From assembly GCA_943704425.1 (NCBI GenBank), contig CALSCP010000733.1, positions 1-64,000 of the forward strand: a stretch of DNA of 64,000 nt, in the 5' to 3' direction. A program made the translations under genes and the position numbers. Source of the stretch: Ministeria vibrans ATCC 50519. Its lineage: Eukaryota; Protista; Filasterea. The notes below the pieces were generated by a model. It was not told the origin of the DNA. It did not search any database and saw only the letters and a list, made by a program, of their open reading frames with translations. Shown piece after piece: positions 1 through 13,918 of this stretch; the first letter of the stretch is position 1; each line of letters opens with the position of its first letter.

Positions 1-55
1 TTTTTTTTTTTTTTTTTTTTTTTTCATTCATCATGGTCGCCTCTTCTCCTCGTAG

Positions 56-260
56 GTGTTCACACGATTCGTTCAAGTTGGCCGTGTGGCTTTGATCAAC
101 GCAGGCCCGTGCGAGGGCAAGCTCGCCGTCATTGTCGACGTCATCGATCAGAACTCGGCGCTCGTCGCTAACCCGTGCACTGGTGTCAAGCGTCAGGCCG
201 TCAACTTCCGACAGCTCTCTCTCACCGACTTCACCGTAAGCCGACATCGCTCTCACTCAC

Positions 261-291
<31 letters not shown>

Positions 292-306
292 CACTCAATT
301 TTTCTT

Positions 307-361
<55 letters not shown>

Positions 362-466
362 CTNNNNNNNNNNNNNNNNNNNNNNNNNNNNNNNNNNNNN
401 NNNNNNNNNNNNNNNNNNNNNNNNNNNNNNNNNNNNNNNNNNNNNNNNNNNNNNNNNNNNNNNNNN

Positions 467-561
<95 letters not shown>

Positions 562-838
562 CGGTTTTTTCTGCCCCATCGTCTCATCATTTTTTCTCTT
601 CATGTGAATTCAGATCAATGTCGGTCTCAACGCCGGTCCGGCCAAGCTCACCAAGGAGTGGGAGGCTGCCGAGATTTCGAGCAAGTGGGAGGCGACGCCC
701 TGGGCCAAGAAGCTCGCTCAGCGCAAGCGACGTGCGACTCTGACTGACTTTGAGCGCTTCCAGGTTATGGTTGCGCGCAAGCAGCGCTCCAAGATTGTCC
801 ACACTGAGCTCAAGAAGCTTAAGAAGACTGCCAAGTAA
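56..838 (+). CDS. RPL14: 60S ribosomal protein L14 (eL14); 5' exon lies outside the window
   Basis: Exons 56-235 ([33 protein letters not shown]...) and 614-838 (...[29 protein letters not shown]...TAA). GTAAG...CAG intron with CA/CT repeats and an N gap. Confidence 0.96.
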
Positions 839-1087
839 ACGTACCCTCTACTGTCTTATGTTCAAAAAAACCCCCTCCCCCCGTACACACACACACTCAA
901 AAGAAGCAGAATCAAGAAACTTTCATGTCGTATTGTAAGGATTTTGAAGTTTTTTGTGTGTATTTTTTTCAAAGAGTTAGGAATAGTGTACAATCGCTCG
1001 CCTTTGTCTATGTCTCTCTCCTCTCCGTCTCTCGGTTTATCTTTCTTTCCAGTTCTGCATTCTTTTCATAAGAATGAGAACGTGGCT

Positions 1088-3204
1088 TTACGTTGGACGC
1101 TGCTGGCTCTGCAGACGACGCATGCTCTGCTCCAGTTCACGCGACTGTCCACGTGCAAACGCCAAGTCTTGCGACATATTCTTGAGCTTTAAAGAAGAAG
1201 GCATAATGGGGGATGAGGAAGGGGGAAGGAGGGAACATGTGGTTTAGAGTACCTCCGTGGTGAGCTGACGGATGCGCTCTTGGGCAATCATCAGCTGCTT
1301 ATGCAGCTGCTGTACCTGCGTCTCGTTGCTTGGGCCCTTGGCCGCGACTTCGCTCGAGCGACGCTCCAACTGATACACCGCTACACAAGCAGACAACGGG
1401 GACCGTCATATATCAATGTTTTTCTTTATTTTATATTGTTATTTTTGGTCTTTACCTCTAAGAATTTCACGGCCAAGTTCTGTGCGAGGAATGGGCGTGT
1501 CAGAGTCGGAGGTAACAGACTTGGTGGCATTCAAAAGAGGAGGGGTGACGCTCATGGGTACGGAGGGGTCGCGCGAGAAAGCCGAGACGGGAGGGGCACG
1601 CGACTGCGATTGGGTCGCCGCTGCTGACGTCGTCGTCGTCGTCGACGGAGCGCTTGCCGCTGATACTGGCACGACTGCTGACATTGCTGTTGGTGCTGTT
1701 GTTGGTGTTGTTGCTGAGAATGATGACGAGGGTGTGCCTGTTGTTGAGGCGGGACTGGGTGTGGAAGTCGCGGCAGCTGGCGTGTCTTCGGAGCCTGGTT
1801 CACTCTTGGCGCTCAGAGACGATGTCTTGTACTGCTGGAAGAGTTGTTTGATGGGAGGAGAGGCAAAGTCAATGGGGACGTCGCCCTTGTTGTTGCGAAT
1901 GGTCGGGTCAGCGCCGGCGTCAAGCAGCTTCTTGACAAAGCCAACGTTGGTGGACTCGGCGCAGATGCCGATGACGGTGTCGCCGTCGGGGTCCTGCTGG
2001 TTGAGCTTGAGATCGACAAGGCCGCCGCGGTGCAGGTCAAGCAGCACGTCAATGTAGTAGTCGGCCGGCTTGTGGTACGTGGGATCGCTGAGGTTGTATG
2101 CGAGGTCGTGCAGAGCTGTGTGACCGCTGACGGAAACAATGCCAACACAGTGCAGGCCAATGAGACAGAGAATCTCATAGAAGTTGCGATTGCGGTAGCA
2201 ATAGTCAAACTGCAGCATGCGATGGAGCGCCGACTCGCCATGGCTGTTGAGCGCATCTTGCTTGAAACCGTTGTTTACCAACAGCTTCACAATCTCCGCC
2301 TGCCCGTACACCGCCGCCCAGTGCACCGGTGTGTGTCCGCTGTGGTCCAGGACAAGCTGACAAAACTGTTCCGCTGTGTAATAATAACACAAACAAACCA
2401 AAGAAAGGAAGAAAGAAAGAATGCAACGTGGGTCAAGTCATTGTGTTCTACCAGGCGTTTGAGTTTCATTTAGTTGGTACCGTCAGGTTGACCAATGTGG
2501 AGCAGGCGGGCAGTCTCGGCGGCATTGCCCATGCGAATGGCATCTATGACAAGCTCTTCAAAGTCGCCGACGGGCACGTTACCCTGGTCCGACGCCCGCT
2601 GCGGTGCAGACGTCTTGTGTGCGGCGCGCCGGTGCGCTTGTGCTTGTGCGTGCAAAAATTTCTTGCCACGACGACTAGTGAGCATTGATGCGTGGTTTTG
2701 CGTAGCGCCCAAGGCAGGTCCGGCAGTCGCGCCAATGGCCGAAACCGGTGTCGCTGCCGCGCCACTTGGCGGAGCACCCTCGTCGTCTTTGCGCTTGCGC
2801 TTCTTTGCATGTACATTGTTGCCAGTGCCATTGTTGTGCCAAGTGAGTCTGAGTAGAACGAGTATGAGACAAAAAGCAAAGCTACTGTTCCTATACGTGT
2901 GTGTGTGTGTGCATCTTACTTTCGCGTTGAAAACCATCGTCTTACAGCGTCTGGTGTCGCATCGACTTGCTTCGCAAGCGTCGCAGTCTCCTCATCGGTT
3001 AGGTATGGATTTACTTTGAAGGTTGCCGACATGATATCCTCTTGATCGCGCGTGAATGTCGGTTGCTAGATAATGTGTATTGCTCGATTGAGTGAATGTG
3101 CTCTCTTGATTGTATCGTCCATCAGCGCCCCAATGCCAACCTCCTCTGCGTTGGTCAATGTGTAACAGGGGTTGTCCAGACAGTTGGCGACTGCGATTCC
3201 CATA
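1088..3204 (-). CDS. Homeodomain + Swi6/Mbp1/Cdc10-type ankyrin repeats + C-terminal coiled coil; 5' end uncertain
   Basis: Exon 3065-2920 translates QPTFTRDQEDIMSATFKVNPYLTDEETATLAKQVDATPDAVRRWFSTRK (homeodomain). It splices in frame to an exon with the NLS-like KKRKRK, then to the ankyrin exon (GHTPVHWAA..GESALHR..GHTALHDLA..QDPDGDTVIGICA..GADPTIRNNKG). Two 3' exons encode heptads; stop TAA at 1090-1088. Confidence 0.8.
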
Positions 3205-4566
3205 TGGTGCGCCGGCAGCGACGGCAAAGCGAGTACGAATAAAACGTATAATTGTCTTGTGCTTTCACATTGCTGTCACACGACGGTTGAGTTGAAACTC
3301 TCCTTTGTGGCCGATAGCGACAAGCGCGGCGGGGATTATAAACGAGTGGTGGGTGTTGGGAGTCGTTGAATTTGAGCATTCATTCGAGTGGCGACCGAGA
3401 AGGAAAACAGAATAAGAAGCGCAAGGAAAAAAAAGAAAAGAAAAAGGAAAACGCGATGGGCTGGTGTTGGAGCAGGCGACGTTAGGCATGGCTGGCATGT
3501 GCGAAGGAATCGAAGGCGTATCGACTTACCGGAGTATCATCAGAGGCATTGGAAGATTGGGCAGCCTTTGGCTTGGCAGTGGGTTCGGCAACGCGACAGC
3601 GCATCGCAGTGCACGTCTCGTCGTCGCTCTCGTCATCGCTGTGCGGCGCCGTGATTACCATTGCCGTCCAAGGCAATTTGTCACCTTTTAAAACATACGA
3701 TTCAGCACAGCGCAACGGTTCGCAAGGGTGTGCATTGCCACGCACACGCGGCCAACAACGCCCCATTGCCAGTTGCAACCCCCCAAGAACCCCCACCGTC
3801 CTGCCTCACACCCTTTCCCCCAACCGCCCCGCCCTCCCCCTTCCCTTCCGACCTCGCCACCCCCTNNNNNNNNNNCCCCCCCCTCCGCCCATCCTCTTTT
3901 AACCACAAAGAAAATCGCCCGACCCCCCCACACACACCTTCCCCATAGTAGCCCATAAAACGTTAACGGCTCACCCCCCAATGTCACGCGTGCCATATGC
4001 TATAGGTTTCGCGCCCAAAAATTGAAGCCCGCGAAGAAATCCAAAAAAAGAGACCGGCGCAGTCACTCATAGCCTCACACCCACACGCTCTTACCGTCGC
4101 TGCTCATGGTACCAAGAGAGTGGCAAAGAATAGAATTTTTTGACGTTTCAGGAAACTGGAAAATTCAATAAAAACTGTGTGATGAAATGATCACTTTGCC
4201 GGAAAGCGACAAGCGTGCACGCGGCTCGCACACAGACCGCACTTGCTCTGACAGACAGGCTCACAGACTGACACAGTGACACTCACTGACTCGAAGAGGG
4301 CGCAGAAGGAATTAGTATCGTTTGTTGAGAAATGAAAGGAAATGAAAAAGTATATCCAAAGTATTCCTCCAATTCAGCAGGCTCGGTTGGGGCTGCAATT
4401 GGCAAGAGGGCGTGGCAGTCTGGCTGTGTCTAACATTTCACGGTGACTGGGCTGACTGGCAGGACCGTATCGTGAACAAATTGGTTGCAATGAGGTTCGG
4501 TTCATCTTCGTAATGTGAAACGGAAGTGAAGTGAAGCGTTCTGTCAAAAATAGAGGCTTCATCACA

Positions 4567-4647
<81 letters not shown>

Positions 4648-4736
4648 CATGAAGAGTGTTGAAAGGTCAAAGGCGCGCTGATTGTTGATTACGCGGGTAT
4701 ACATTATATATCTACAGTGTGTCTCGCGCGCTCTGT

Positions 4737-6007
4737 TCATGTGAAAGTGCTCGTGAGCTCGGCCACCCGACGTGCGTGTTCGTCCTGCGCCAGCTTCTCA
4801 ATGAGCGTGTCCAGCAGTCTGTTTTCAGCGTCAAAGAAGGCAGTTACTCCCGTCACCGACGCACCCACACGGTGGTCCGTTACGCGATCTTGCGGAACGT
4901 TGTACGTGCGAATGCGCTCACTGCGCTCTGCAGTGCCAATCTTAAGACGAAAGGCAGAAAAAAAAAGGAAAAAAAAAAAACAGAGACACAAAAATAATGA
5001 AATGACATCACTCTGTTGCAAGCTACTAACTTGAGAGTTCCTCAATTCTCGCCGTTCGGAGCGCAGTCGCTGTTGCTCGGCATCATAGAGACGGGCGTGG
5101 AGTACCTCCAAGGCACGCGCCTTGTTCTGGGAGAGGCGCAAGACAGAGAGAGATAGAGAGAGAGAGAGAGATTACGTAGAGAGAGAGAGTAACAAAGTGA
5201 TAAAGAGAGTGACAAAGTGATAAAGAGAGTAACAAAGTGATAAAGTGATGGAAATTGATAGAGAGAGAGAAACAAAGTGATAGGGAGAGAGATCGGTTTG
5301 AGATTGAATGTGTGTATGTGTGTCATAGTGTGTGCTTAGTGTGTGGAGGTGAAATAGTCGGTGTGAGTGTCTGGGTGTGATATGTGTGTGCTGTTAGTAT
5401 ATATAAGGCGTACGGCATGTTGGGAACGGCCCTCCTGACACTCTGCAACGACTCCCGTCGGCAGATGAGTAATGCGCACCGCACTATCCGTCGTATTGAC
5501 GTGCTGTCCTCCCGCACCTGTTGCACGGCACGCTTCAATCTTCAGATCCCGTGCATTAATCTGCAGAAAAGAAAGAAAGAAAAAAAAAGAAACCCTTGAG
5601 TCCAATGCAAATGTGTGGCACTCAATCACCCACATTAATGACTGCCTCGGTGGGCTTTGGCAGAAGAGCCACCGTCGCCGTCGACGTGTGCACGCGTCCC
5701 TGCGTCTCCGTCTTAGGCACTCGCTGAATACGGTGCACGCCCGTCTCATGCTTCATCAATCCAAACACCCCAGTACCCTTAATCGTCGCACTCATTAGGC
5801 CTCGAGCGCGTGACGACACATTCGCTTGCCACCCGTGCGACACCGCAAACATCTGGTACATTCGGAAAAGGTCCTCTGCAAACAGTCCTGCTTCTGCACC
5901 ACCCACACCTACACCCAGCAACTCATTCAGTCTAACGGGTTTTTCTCCAACATCATTCACTAACATAATGTAGCAAAAAGTACCACACAAATCAAACTAT
6001 AATAATG

Positions 6008-6041
<34 letters not shown>

Positions 6042-6809
6042 CACTCACTGATCACTCACTCACTCACTCACTCACTCACCCACCCACTCACCCACTCACT
6101 CACTCACTCACTCACTCACTTCACTCACAAATAAACGTCATACCGGGTCGAACCTCCACGACGGCGTCCATGGAGTCCTCATCAAGAGGTGGTAAGAGCG
6201 CGTCGAAAATGAGTTTCTGTACGACACAGGACGAAAAGGGTCACGCAATAAAACAAACTCAAAGTAAGACTACCTCTCGTTCTTTCAACAAGTCGTGTGC
6301 CTCAACCAGCTCGGCAGAGGCCAGCTCCTGAAGATCAGCATCATTCGACTGCTTCGCCTCCAACAGCACTTCGTTGAGCTCCACAATGCCCTGTGTAGCA
6401 ATCACCAACCACCACATGAGCCACTCTCTGGCTGTGATTCGTTCAATCCAGTAGACCTACCTGCTGCGCTGCTCGGTACTCGTGGTAGGCAGACGTGAGC
6501 GGCTCGACCTTGGCAATGGCACGCGACAGAGCATCGTACTTTTGTCCGTCGACAACCTACGCAGTCAGTGGTGTGGTTTGCGACCGCCAATCACCGTGCC
6601 TCCTCGCACCCCCTTACGTCTTCTTGCTCAACCACTCTCAGCTCTTCCTGGATTTTGGCCTGATCCACAACCATCGACTCAAGATGCTTCACAATTCCTT
6701 TTGACAATTCTGCTTCGCGACGAGCCGTCACCGACAACGCTCGCCACCCACAGACACCGCCACCTACCCGCCAACCCACATGTGCATGCCGACACGCCCT
6801 TAAAAGCAT
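4737..6809 (-). CDS. MRF1: Mitochondrial/organellar peptide chain release factor 1 (RF1/PrfA type), multi-exon
   Basis: [22 protein letters not shown] (GGQ motif), [18 protein letters not shown] (PxT motif), [20 protein letters not shown]. Arg-rich N-terminus MLLRACRH... resembles a presequence. Confidence 0.92.
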
Positions 6810-7004
6810 GACGTCAAAAATATTTCTAGTCGCATTGATCGTTCATCGTATCATTCGTGAATGTGACTTACGTGGTTTGCGAAATGGCTCAAAGCTCATT
6901 TTTCTCAAAATCTGACAAAACACAAATCTGAAATCTGACAAACATTAATCAATCACGTTCTGTCTTTGTCCGTTTCCCTCGCGACCTCCCTGTATCTGTA
7001 GCAA

Positions 7005-10000
7005 ATGCACGCTCTCGATGGCGGCGCAGCGTCGCCCGACGAGGTCGCGCCAGCCAGCGACGAATCTTCCCCCGTGCACGCCAACGCCGACCCCCCGACA
7101 GCGCCCGACGCCCTTGTTGGTCCCCATCCTCGTACGTGTCATTCATGCACGCGCAGTCGTCTGGCGTCTGTCGATCTCTCGCCCCACAACCAATAATATA
7201 ATATTCTCTTTTTGCTCTGTGGCATTTTCGGTCGAATTTAAAACTCACATCATATCTCACTTGCCCTTTCTTCTTTTCAGCATCCATCGCCGAATTACCA
7301 ACCTACCGCGAGCAGGCTGCCTGGTACAAGGAAGCGGAAGCGTCCAATCAGATGAAAGAAGGCGACCATTGGTAAAAAGAATTCATATCACAGTCACATT
7401 TTTGTTATACAATTATTAATTTTAATTAATAACGGTTGAGTATCTCGCCTATTTTTTTTGTTTTGTTTTTTGTTTCCTCCGTCGCATCTGACTCCATCTT
7501 GATTCCCGTCCGCTCATCGGCCCTTACCGTTCCGTGTAGGTATCTCGTTGCGCAAAAATGGTTCGACGGGTGGCGGCGATTCAGTCGGAGCGGCGGCGAC
7601 CGTCCAGGACCCATCGACCAGAGCACCATTCTTGATGCACACACAGGCCAGCTGCTGGAGGGGCTCTTTGAACACCTAGAGGTTGCATATGTGTGCGAGC
7701 CCGTCTGGCTTATGCTCCTCGCGTGGTACGGCCTCGACGTCGATTCACGTCCTGTCCGCCGTCGTGTCTCACGCAACAGCCGTTTGAACAACACACTCAT
7801 CATCGCCGTTTACAAGAAGGTCGTCAGCGTATTCCACACGTCGCACCCCAGCACCAGCGTTGCCGTACGTGTCCACATCTACGAGACTATGGGACATGTC
7901 AAGAAACTGGCGCTCGACGCGCTCGCCCAATCGCCGCAAATCACGTCGATTACCCCCGCAACGTTGCCAGCGCTCGTCGACACACGCCTCCTCAACGGCA
8001 ACGTCGTTGTCAAAGAATCCGACAAATTTATTGACATACCGGACACAGCGGTGTTTGTCCTCGATGTGCGCGAGCCTGGCCAAGAGTGGTCCACTCCAAG
8101 TTTGTCGTCGACTAACCTCGCGGCCAAAAGCGCCCCCGTCTGGCCAGCACGCATGGACACTGCAATCACTACAACTTCAACAGCATCGACAAACACCGGC
8201 ACGAGCACCGCTCTTGCGCGTCCCAAGCCCCTCTACTCAACAGCGGGCTCGGGCTCGGCTCTTGGCTATGGCGCGTCGTCATCATCCACCACCTCTTCTT
8301 CTGGCCTTTCGTCGCTCTACGGCACAGGCACATCGTCGTATGCCAACCGAACCCAATCACCGCCGGGCGTCACGGGTCTGTCCAACCTTGGCAACACCTG
8401 CTTCATGAATGCGGCGCTGCAATGCCTGAGCAACACGCGAGCGCTCCGCGACTTTTTTATCAACGACACCTTCGTCGAGCAAATCAACCGCGACAATGTC
8501 ATGGGCACCAAGGGTGAGCTTGCGGAAGCATTTGGCGAGCTTCTCAAGCGCATGTGGACCGGGGGCTACTCGTCGGTGTCGCCGTCACACCTTAAGACAG
8601 CCATTGGCCGCAAGAACACCGCCTTCTCAGGCTACCAGCAGCACGACTCGCAAGAGCTCCTCTCCTTTGTGCTTGACACCCTCCATGAAGACCTCAATCG
8701 CGTGCTGGTCAAGCCCTACATTGAGATATCCGACTCGGGCACACGCCCAGATGCCGAAGTTGCCGCCGAGCAGATTGGTGCGCATCAGAAGCGCAACGAT
8801 TCGATCATTTGCGATATTTTCCAGGGTTTCTACAAGTCGCGCATTGTGTGTCCCGATTGCAACCGTGTCTCCGTCGTCTTCGACCCCTACTCGCTGCTTT
8901 CTGTACCTCTGCCTGGGCTTGGCAAGACCAACATTCAAGTGACGCTTATCCGTCGTGACCCAATGCAGCTGCCCACGCGCTTCCTTGTACAAGTGTCCAC
9001 GGGCGCCGGAACGCTCCGTAACGTCTACAAGGCTCTCGAGTCTGTGGCCATTGTCGATGCTGAACGCCTGGTGTGCTTTGAAGAGCACCGCGGGCGCCTT
9101 TGCAAGGTGTTCAAGGAGTCGGAGTCGGTGTCGGACACACGCGAGACGGACCATCTCGTCGTTGTCGAGGTCGAGGCCAAACCTCGGCTGCCGCCGCCCG
9201 TTCCCAAGTCGTCGTACAGCAGCAGTGGCTACTGGAGCTCCAATTACTACGGCGGTGGCAGTTCTGCCGCCGTCAAGGAGGAGCCTGTTGTGCCCGATGA
9301 CCCCGCCAGTCTACCTGTTGTTTTTCTCAGTCACGAATTTTACACGACACACTACTCCTACGCCACCTACTTCTTTCCGTCGGCCTTGTCCCTCCCACGC
9401 ACCTGCTCATTTGCCGAATTTTACCAGCGTGCTTACGAGTCGGTAAGCACTTTATTGTTGTGGTGTGAGAGATGTGTGTATGTGTGAGTCTCTATTTTTT
9501 CGTTATTTTGATGCGATAGTCAAAAAAAAAATATTGTTTGTGTTCTTCTTCGTTTCATTTTTGTTTTTTGAACTTTTTGTTTCTTAGTGGGCGAAAACAA
9601 TGTGCATTTCGCCGGAGGTTGAGGAGTATTTGCGCGAGGCAGGGTACTGGGTACCGCCATGGACTAACGATGAGGAGCCAATGGAGGAGCAGGTGGAAGT
9701 AGAAGAGATTATGGCACAAGGCTGTGCGAGCGACACTGTCCACTATGAGGGTTCGCTGGTGGACTATGCTGTGAGCGAGGCAGACACGTGTGCGGGCGAG
9801 ACGCAACCCATGGATCTCGACGACGACGATGCCTTGGAGCGGGCGTACCGTGAGAGTGCGCCTGCGGCCACTGACGACACCCAGAGCAAGAAGATGTCTG
9901 CCGATGGTCTGGATGAGAATTACGACAACAGCGACGACGGCGCCAACATAAGCAACACGACGAAGAAGAACATGGCTCGCGTCCTGCCACCTTCGCTGAC

Positions 10001-11435
10001 CAGCAGTCTATCGTCTGTGGCGGCCGCAGCAAGCCTCGCAACCAATTTTACTAGCACCGCCACTCCCAGCAACAACGGTGCGGCGCTGACCTCTGCCTCG
10101 ATTGAGGACGAAATTGACGAGGACGACGCGAATCACGACTCTCTGTTGGACACAGGCGCTGCAAGCGTTGCTGTCGATGACTATTCGAGCGCGCAGTCGT
10201 CGACGTCGATGGTGACTGTGACCCCACCCGACTCGCCCGTGGTTGGGAACCACGCATCGTCACCATCGTCCAGCCGCCGAGTTGATACAGTACCGCCCAT
10301 GCGCAAGCTGCTGTTTCACATTTTCAACGACGATTATTCCAAGAAAAAGCTGTTGGCTACTGACGTGGTCGAGGCGAAGCCCAACTCGCGCTACATGTGC
10401 GAGTGGGATGCGTCGCTTAAGGACAAGCTCTCTGCGTTACCTCTTCCCGATGTGGTTGAAGATGCGAGTGTGGCCGAGGCGAAGGCGCGCCGCTCGAGTT
10501 CCGTGTCGGTACATGATTGCATTGAGCGCGCGCTGGTGGAGGAACAGCTCGACGACGACAACATGTGGTACTGTTCGCAGTGCAAGGAGCATCGTCGTGC
10601 CTTCAAGAAGTTTGATATTTGGACGTTGCCACGCGTACTTGTGATTGCTCTCAAGCGCTTCTCCTACTCGACCTACCGACGCAGCAAGATCAACTCGCCC
10701 GTGGACTTTCCCCTGCGTGGCCTCGACATGTCGCGCTACCTGTCTGGTCCGCGCACGGACGCACAAGGCCGCCCTGTACCCACCGTTTACGACCTGCAGG
10801 CGATCAGTAACCACTATGGAGGTTTGGGTGGCGGTCACTACACGGCGTGTGCTCGCAACGGCTCGCAATGGTACAACTTTGATGATTCGTACACGACGAA
10901 GTTGAGCGAGGCTGATGTGCGCGCACGCGACGCTTGCGGCGCCGCCTATGTTCTTGTGTACGTGCTGCGTGACGAAGAGCAAGAAGCTTTTGATCGTAAG
11001 AGAGGGGAGGAAGAGGAGGCGGAGGCGGCATCAGTAGGCGAGGATACCGGTCGCGACATGGACACGAGCGATGACGATGACTTTGGTGATTCGCGCAACA
11101 CGCTCCATTCCCCACAGGGTGCTTCGACAACGACAACTACTACTGCAACAACATCATCAACCGCAGCATCAACCGCAGTCGCATCATCACCGCTTTCAAG
11201 TGTGGCTACTGGTGGGGCTCCTGCTGTTCACACAGTACCTCCATACGAGGACGACGACGACAGCGACGACGATGATTTGACGCACCCCACTTTGGTGCAC
11301 TTTCCCTCGGCCAACACCCATGGCACCACCACCACCACCACTACTACTACTACTGCTCCGGCTGCGCCCATGGACACCATCCGTGCCACTCCCGCTGACG
11401 ACGATGATGATGAGGGTATCGTGCTTATCACTTGA
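7005..11435 (+). CDS. Ubiquitin-specific protease, USP4/11/15-like (DUSP-UBL-split catalytic domain)
   Basis: DUSP-like W|YLVAQKWFDGW..PGPID; Cys box GLSNLGNTCFMNAALQCL; QQHDSQELL; EEQLDDDNMWYCSQCKEH; His box HYGGLGGGHYTA..WYNFDDS. Introns near 7132-7280, 7372-7539 and 9443-9587. Confidence 0.93.
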
Positions 11436-11630
11436 TTCCTTCTTCAGTTTTTTTTTTCTATTTTCTTTTTCTTTTTTCTCTTCTTAATACTCTTTTTGTG
11501 AATATACACCATCTTTTTTGTTTCTATTTTTTTTCTCCAGTTGTGAGGGGGAAAGGGCATGATATGGTGAGACTTTATTAGACTTTTTCTGGGGAGTTGA
11601 AACGGGAAAGAAAAGAAAAAGGTTTGGGGT

Positions 11631-13752
11631 TTAGCCGAGAATGGAGGAGCCGAAGTTGCCCTCCATCTTCTCCTTGAGGAAGGACTCATAGATGCCCTGG
11701 ATGGTGGTGACGGCAAGGAGGATGCCGGTGCCAGTGCCGTAGACGCCAAGAATGTCAGCGACGATGGTGAGGGCGCCAATGCAGAAACCACCAAAGGCCG
11801 CGGCGACGGGAATGTAGCGGTCGAGGTATTCAGCCATGTCGCGTTCGTCGCTACGGCGACCCTGGATGACCATCTGCTGCTTGTGGAGCGTCTTAGCAAT
11901 GTCGCGCGAGGATTGCTGCGAGACAAGGATCCAGAGACGCGAGAAGAGGGCGCAGGTGGTGAGGATGAAGAAGCAGTAGAGGATGGCGTGGAGCGGGTCG
12001 GCGGCCATCTGCGCGAAGGTCTGCGGAGGGGTCAGGTAGTAGCAGAGGCCCGAGATGGGCTGAGTGTGCGCGTAGTTTCCCTGACCCACGTCCTCCCAAG
12101 CGCCCAGGAGCGACACGAGGAAGTTGCCGCGGAAGCGCGACCAGAGCAGCTGCGAGATGAGGAACATGTTGGAGACGAGCGCCGACTGAAGAATAATCGG
12201 GATGTTGCTCGTGTAGAACAGCTTGATGGGGTAGGGCTAGAAGGGAAAGAAAGGAGAGGGATGGTTTAAGCATGCAATGAGAGTGAAGAGTGATGCGAAT
12301 GCGGAGCGACAGGCGCGTTTTTGAGTCGTTGACGTGGTGTACCTGGGCGTCGCCGCGCATACGGTTGGACTTGACAGGGAGGTCGACACGGAAGCCCTGG
12401 AAGTAGATGACAAGGCCGAAGACAAGGGCGGTCGAGAGCAAGCCCATGAGATTGGGCAGCTGCGCGCGGTAGAATGCCTCCTTGAGGGCAGACATTTTGT
12501 GCGAACGGGTGGAGAGCAGATGGAACAGCGCAATGATGGAGCCCTCAAACTCGGTACCGCGGCCAATGTTGTACGTGTTGGGGCTGAATGCCTTCCACAT
12601 GATCGTCTCGCAAATGTTGGTGGCAATCAAAAGGGAAATGCCGGAGCCAAGACCCCAGCCCTAGCGAGAGAAACACCGAGAGAGCACAGCATGAGAGGAG
12701 AGTTGATGGAAGAGTTCGGGGAATGGTGACGCGAAAGGGGAAGAGAAAGTAAGAGTATAATAAGAAGAAAGAAGGGAAAGAGGTGAAACGCTGCCTGTGG
12801 TGACTTGGCTACCTTTGAGAGCATCTCGTCGAGAAGCATAATGGCAAAGCCAGCGACAACCAGCTGAATGACAAGGAGAGCACAGATGCCAATGCCGATG
12901 TCGCTGGGATCACCGTACATGCCTGTCCATACGTACACAACTGCCTGAACAACGGTGATCATAAGACCGAAGACTAATAAGAAGAGGAAAAAGGAAGAAA
13001 AATAATTTAAAAAAAAAAGAAGTAAGAAGAGGCTCGATTGCTTTTGAGGGACGTACGGTTTTGCATGCCGGAGAAGGCAGCGCGCTCCTGGGGATCGTTC
13101 TGGTCGACGTCGATGAACTTAAGGCCGTTGAGCAGCTGCATGATGAGACTGCTGGTGACGAGCGGCGAGATGCCGAGCTCCATGAGCGTTCCGCGGTTGG
13201 ACGCAAGAATGGCACGCATCCAGTAGAAGGGATCCGCACTCTCGCTCGACATGATGCCGAACAGCGGGATCTGGCCCATGACAACCAGAACCATGATGCA
13301 CACGGACGTCCACATGATCTTCTGCTTGAACGTAACCTACGCCAGACCAGTTGGGGCGTTCACGACACGACGACACAAGAAAAAAAANNNNNNNNNNAAA
13401 AAAACGGAGAGAAAAAAAAACGAAAAAGAAAAAAAGAAAAAAAAAAGTAGAGCTCCAAAGAGCACATCGAAGACGGATCAGGCAGCTGTAAGATGCCGAC
13501 AGCCAAGTGTGGCGCGCGATGGGCTCGCCAGCGACAGAGATTTAGCAGACGCCACGTTGGCAGGTTCAAAAAAGATTTACTGCACTCGCAAGAGACCAGA
13601 CGCAGCGCAGCGTACCTTCTGGGTGGGCTGGTTCACCTCGGGGACAAGCACCAGGAATGGCTTGACATACTGAGTCAGTTTGACTGGGAGGGAGTGAGAG
13701 AGAGAGGAGAAAGAGAGAGAGAGAGAGCGAGACAAAGAGAGAGACACACACA

Positions 13753-13783
<31 letters not shown>

Positions 13784-13918
13784 CAGTCAGTGTTGGTGGT
13801 CTGCTGAGTGCGTCGGCGTATGTGTGGGTTTCGGGGAAAGGGGACGTCGGAGGAAGGGAGGGAGGGAAGGGGCGTCGTGGAGCGCCGGTGCCAAGGCGAT
13901 CAAGTTACCTCCTCCCAT
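11631..13918 (-). CDS. SEC61A: Protein translocon subunit Sec61 alpha, multi-exon
   Basis: [86 protein letters not shown] at 13918. Confidence 0.97.

Noticed and set aside
231-603. ORFs of poly-ER/LS/CV/I/N here and at ~4374, 20982, 22413, 29969, 37164, 44415 and 61694
   Set aside because: They are translations of microsatellites in introns or intergenic DNA.
13440-13612. Hairpin (GCCAACGTGGCG...CGCCACACTTGGC, minus strand) in a SEC61A intron as a riboswitch or snoRNA
   Set aside because: No TPP-riboswitch core and no C/D or H/ACA boxes could be identified.
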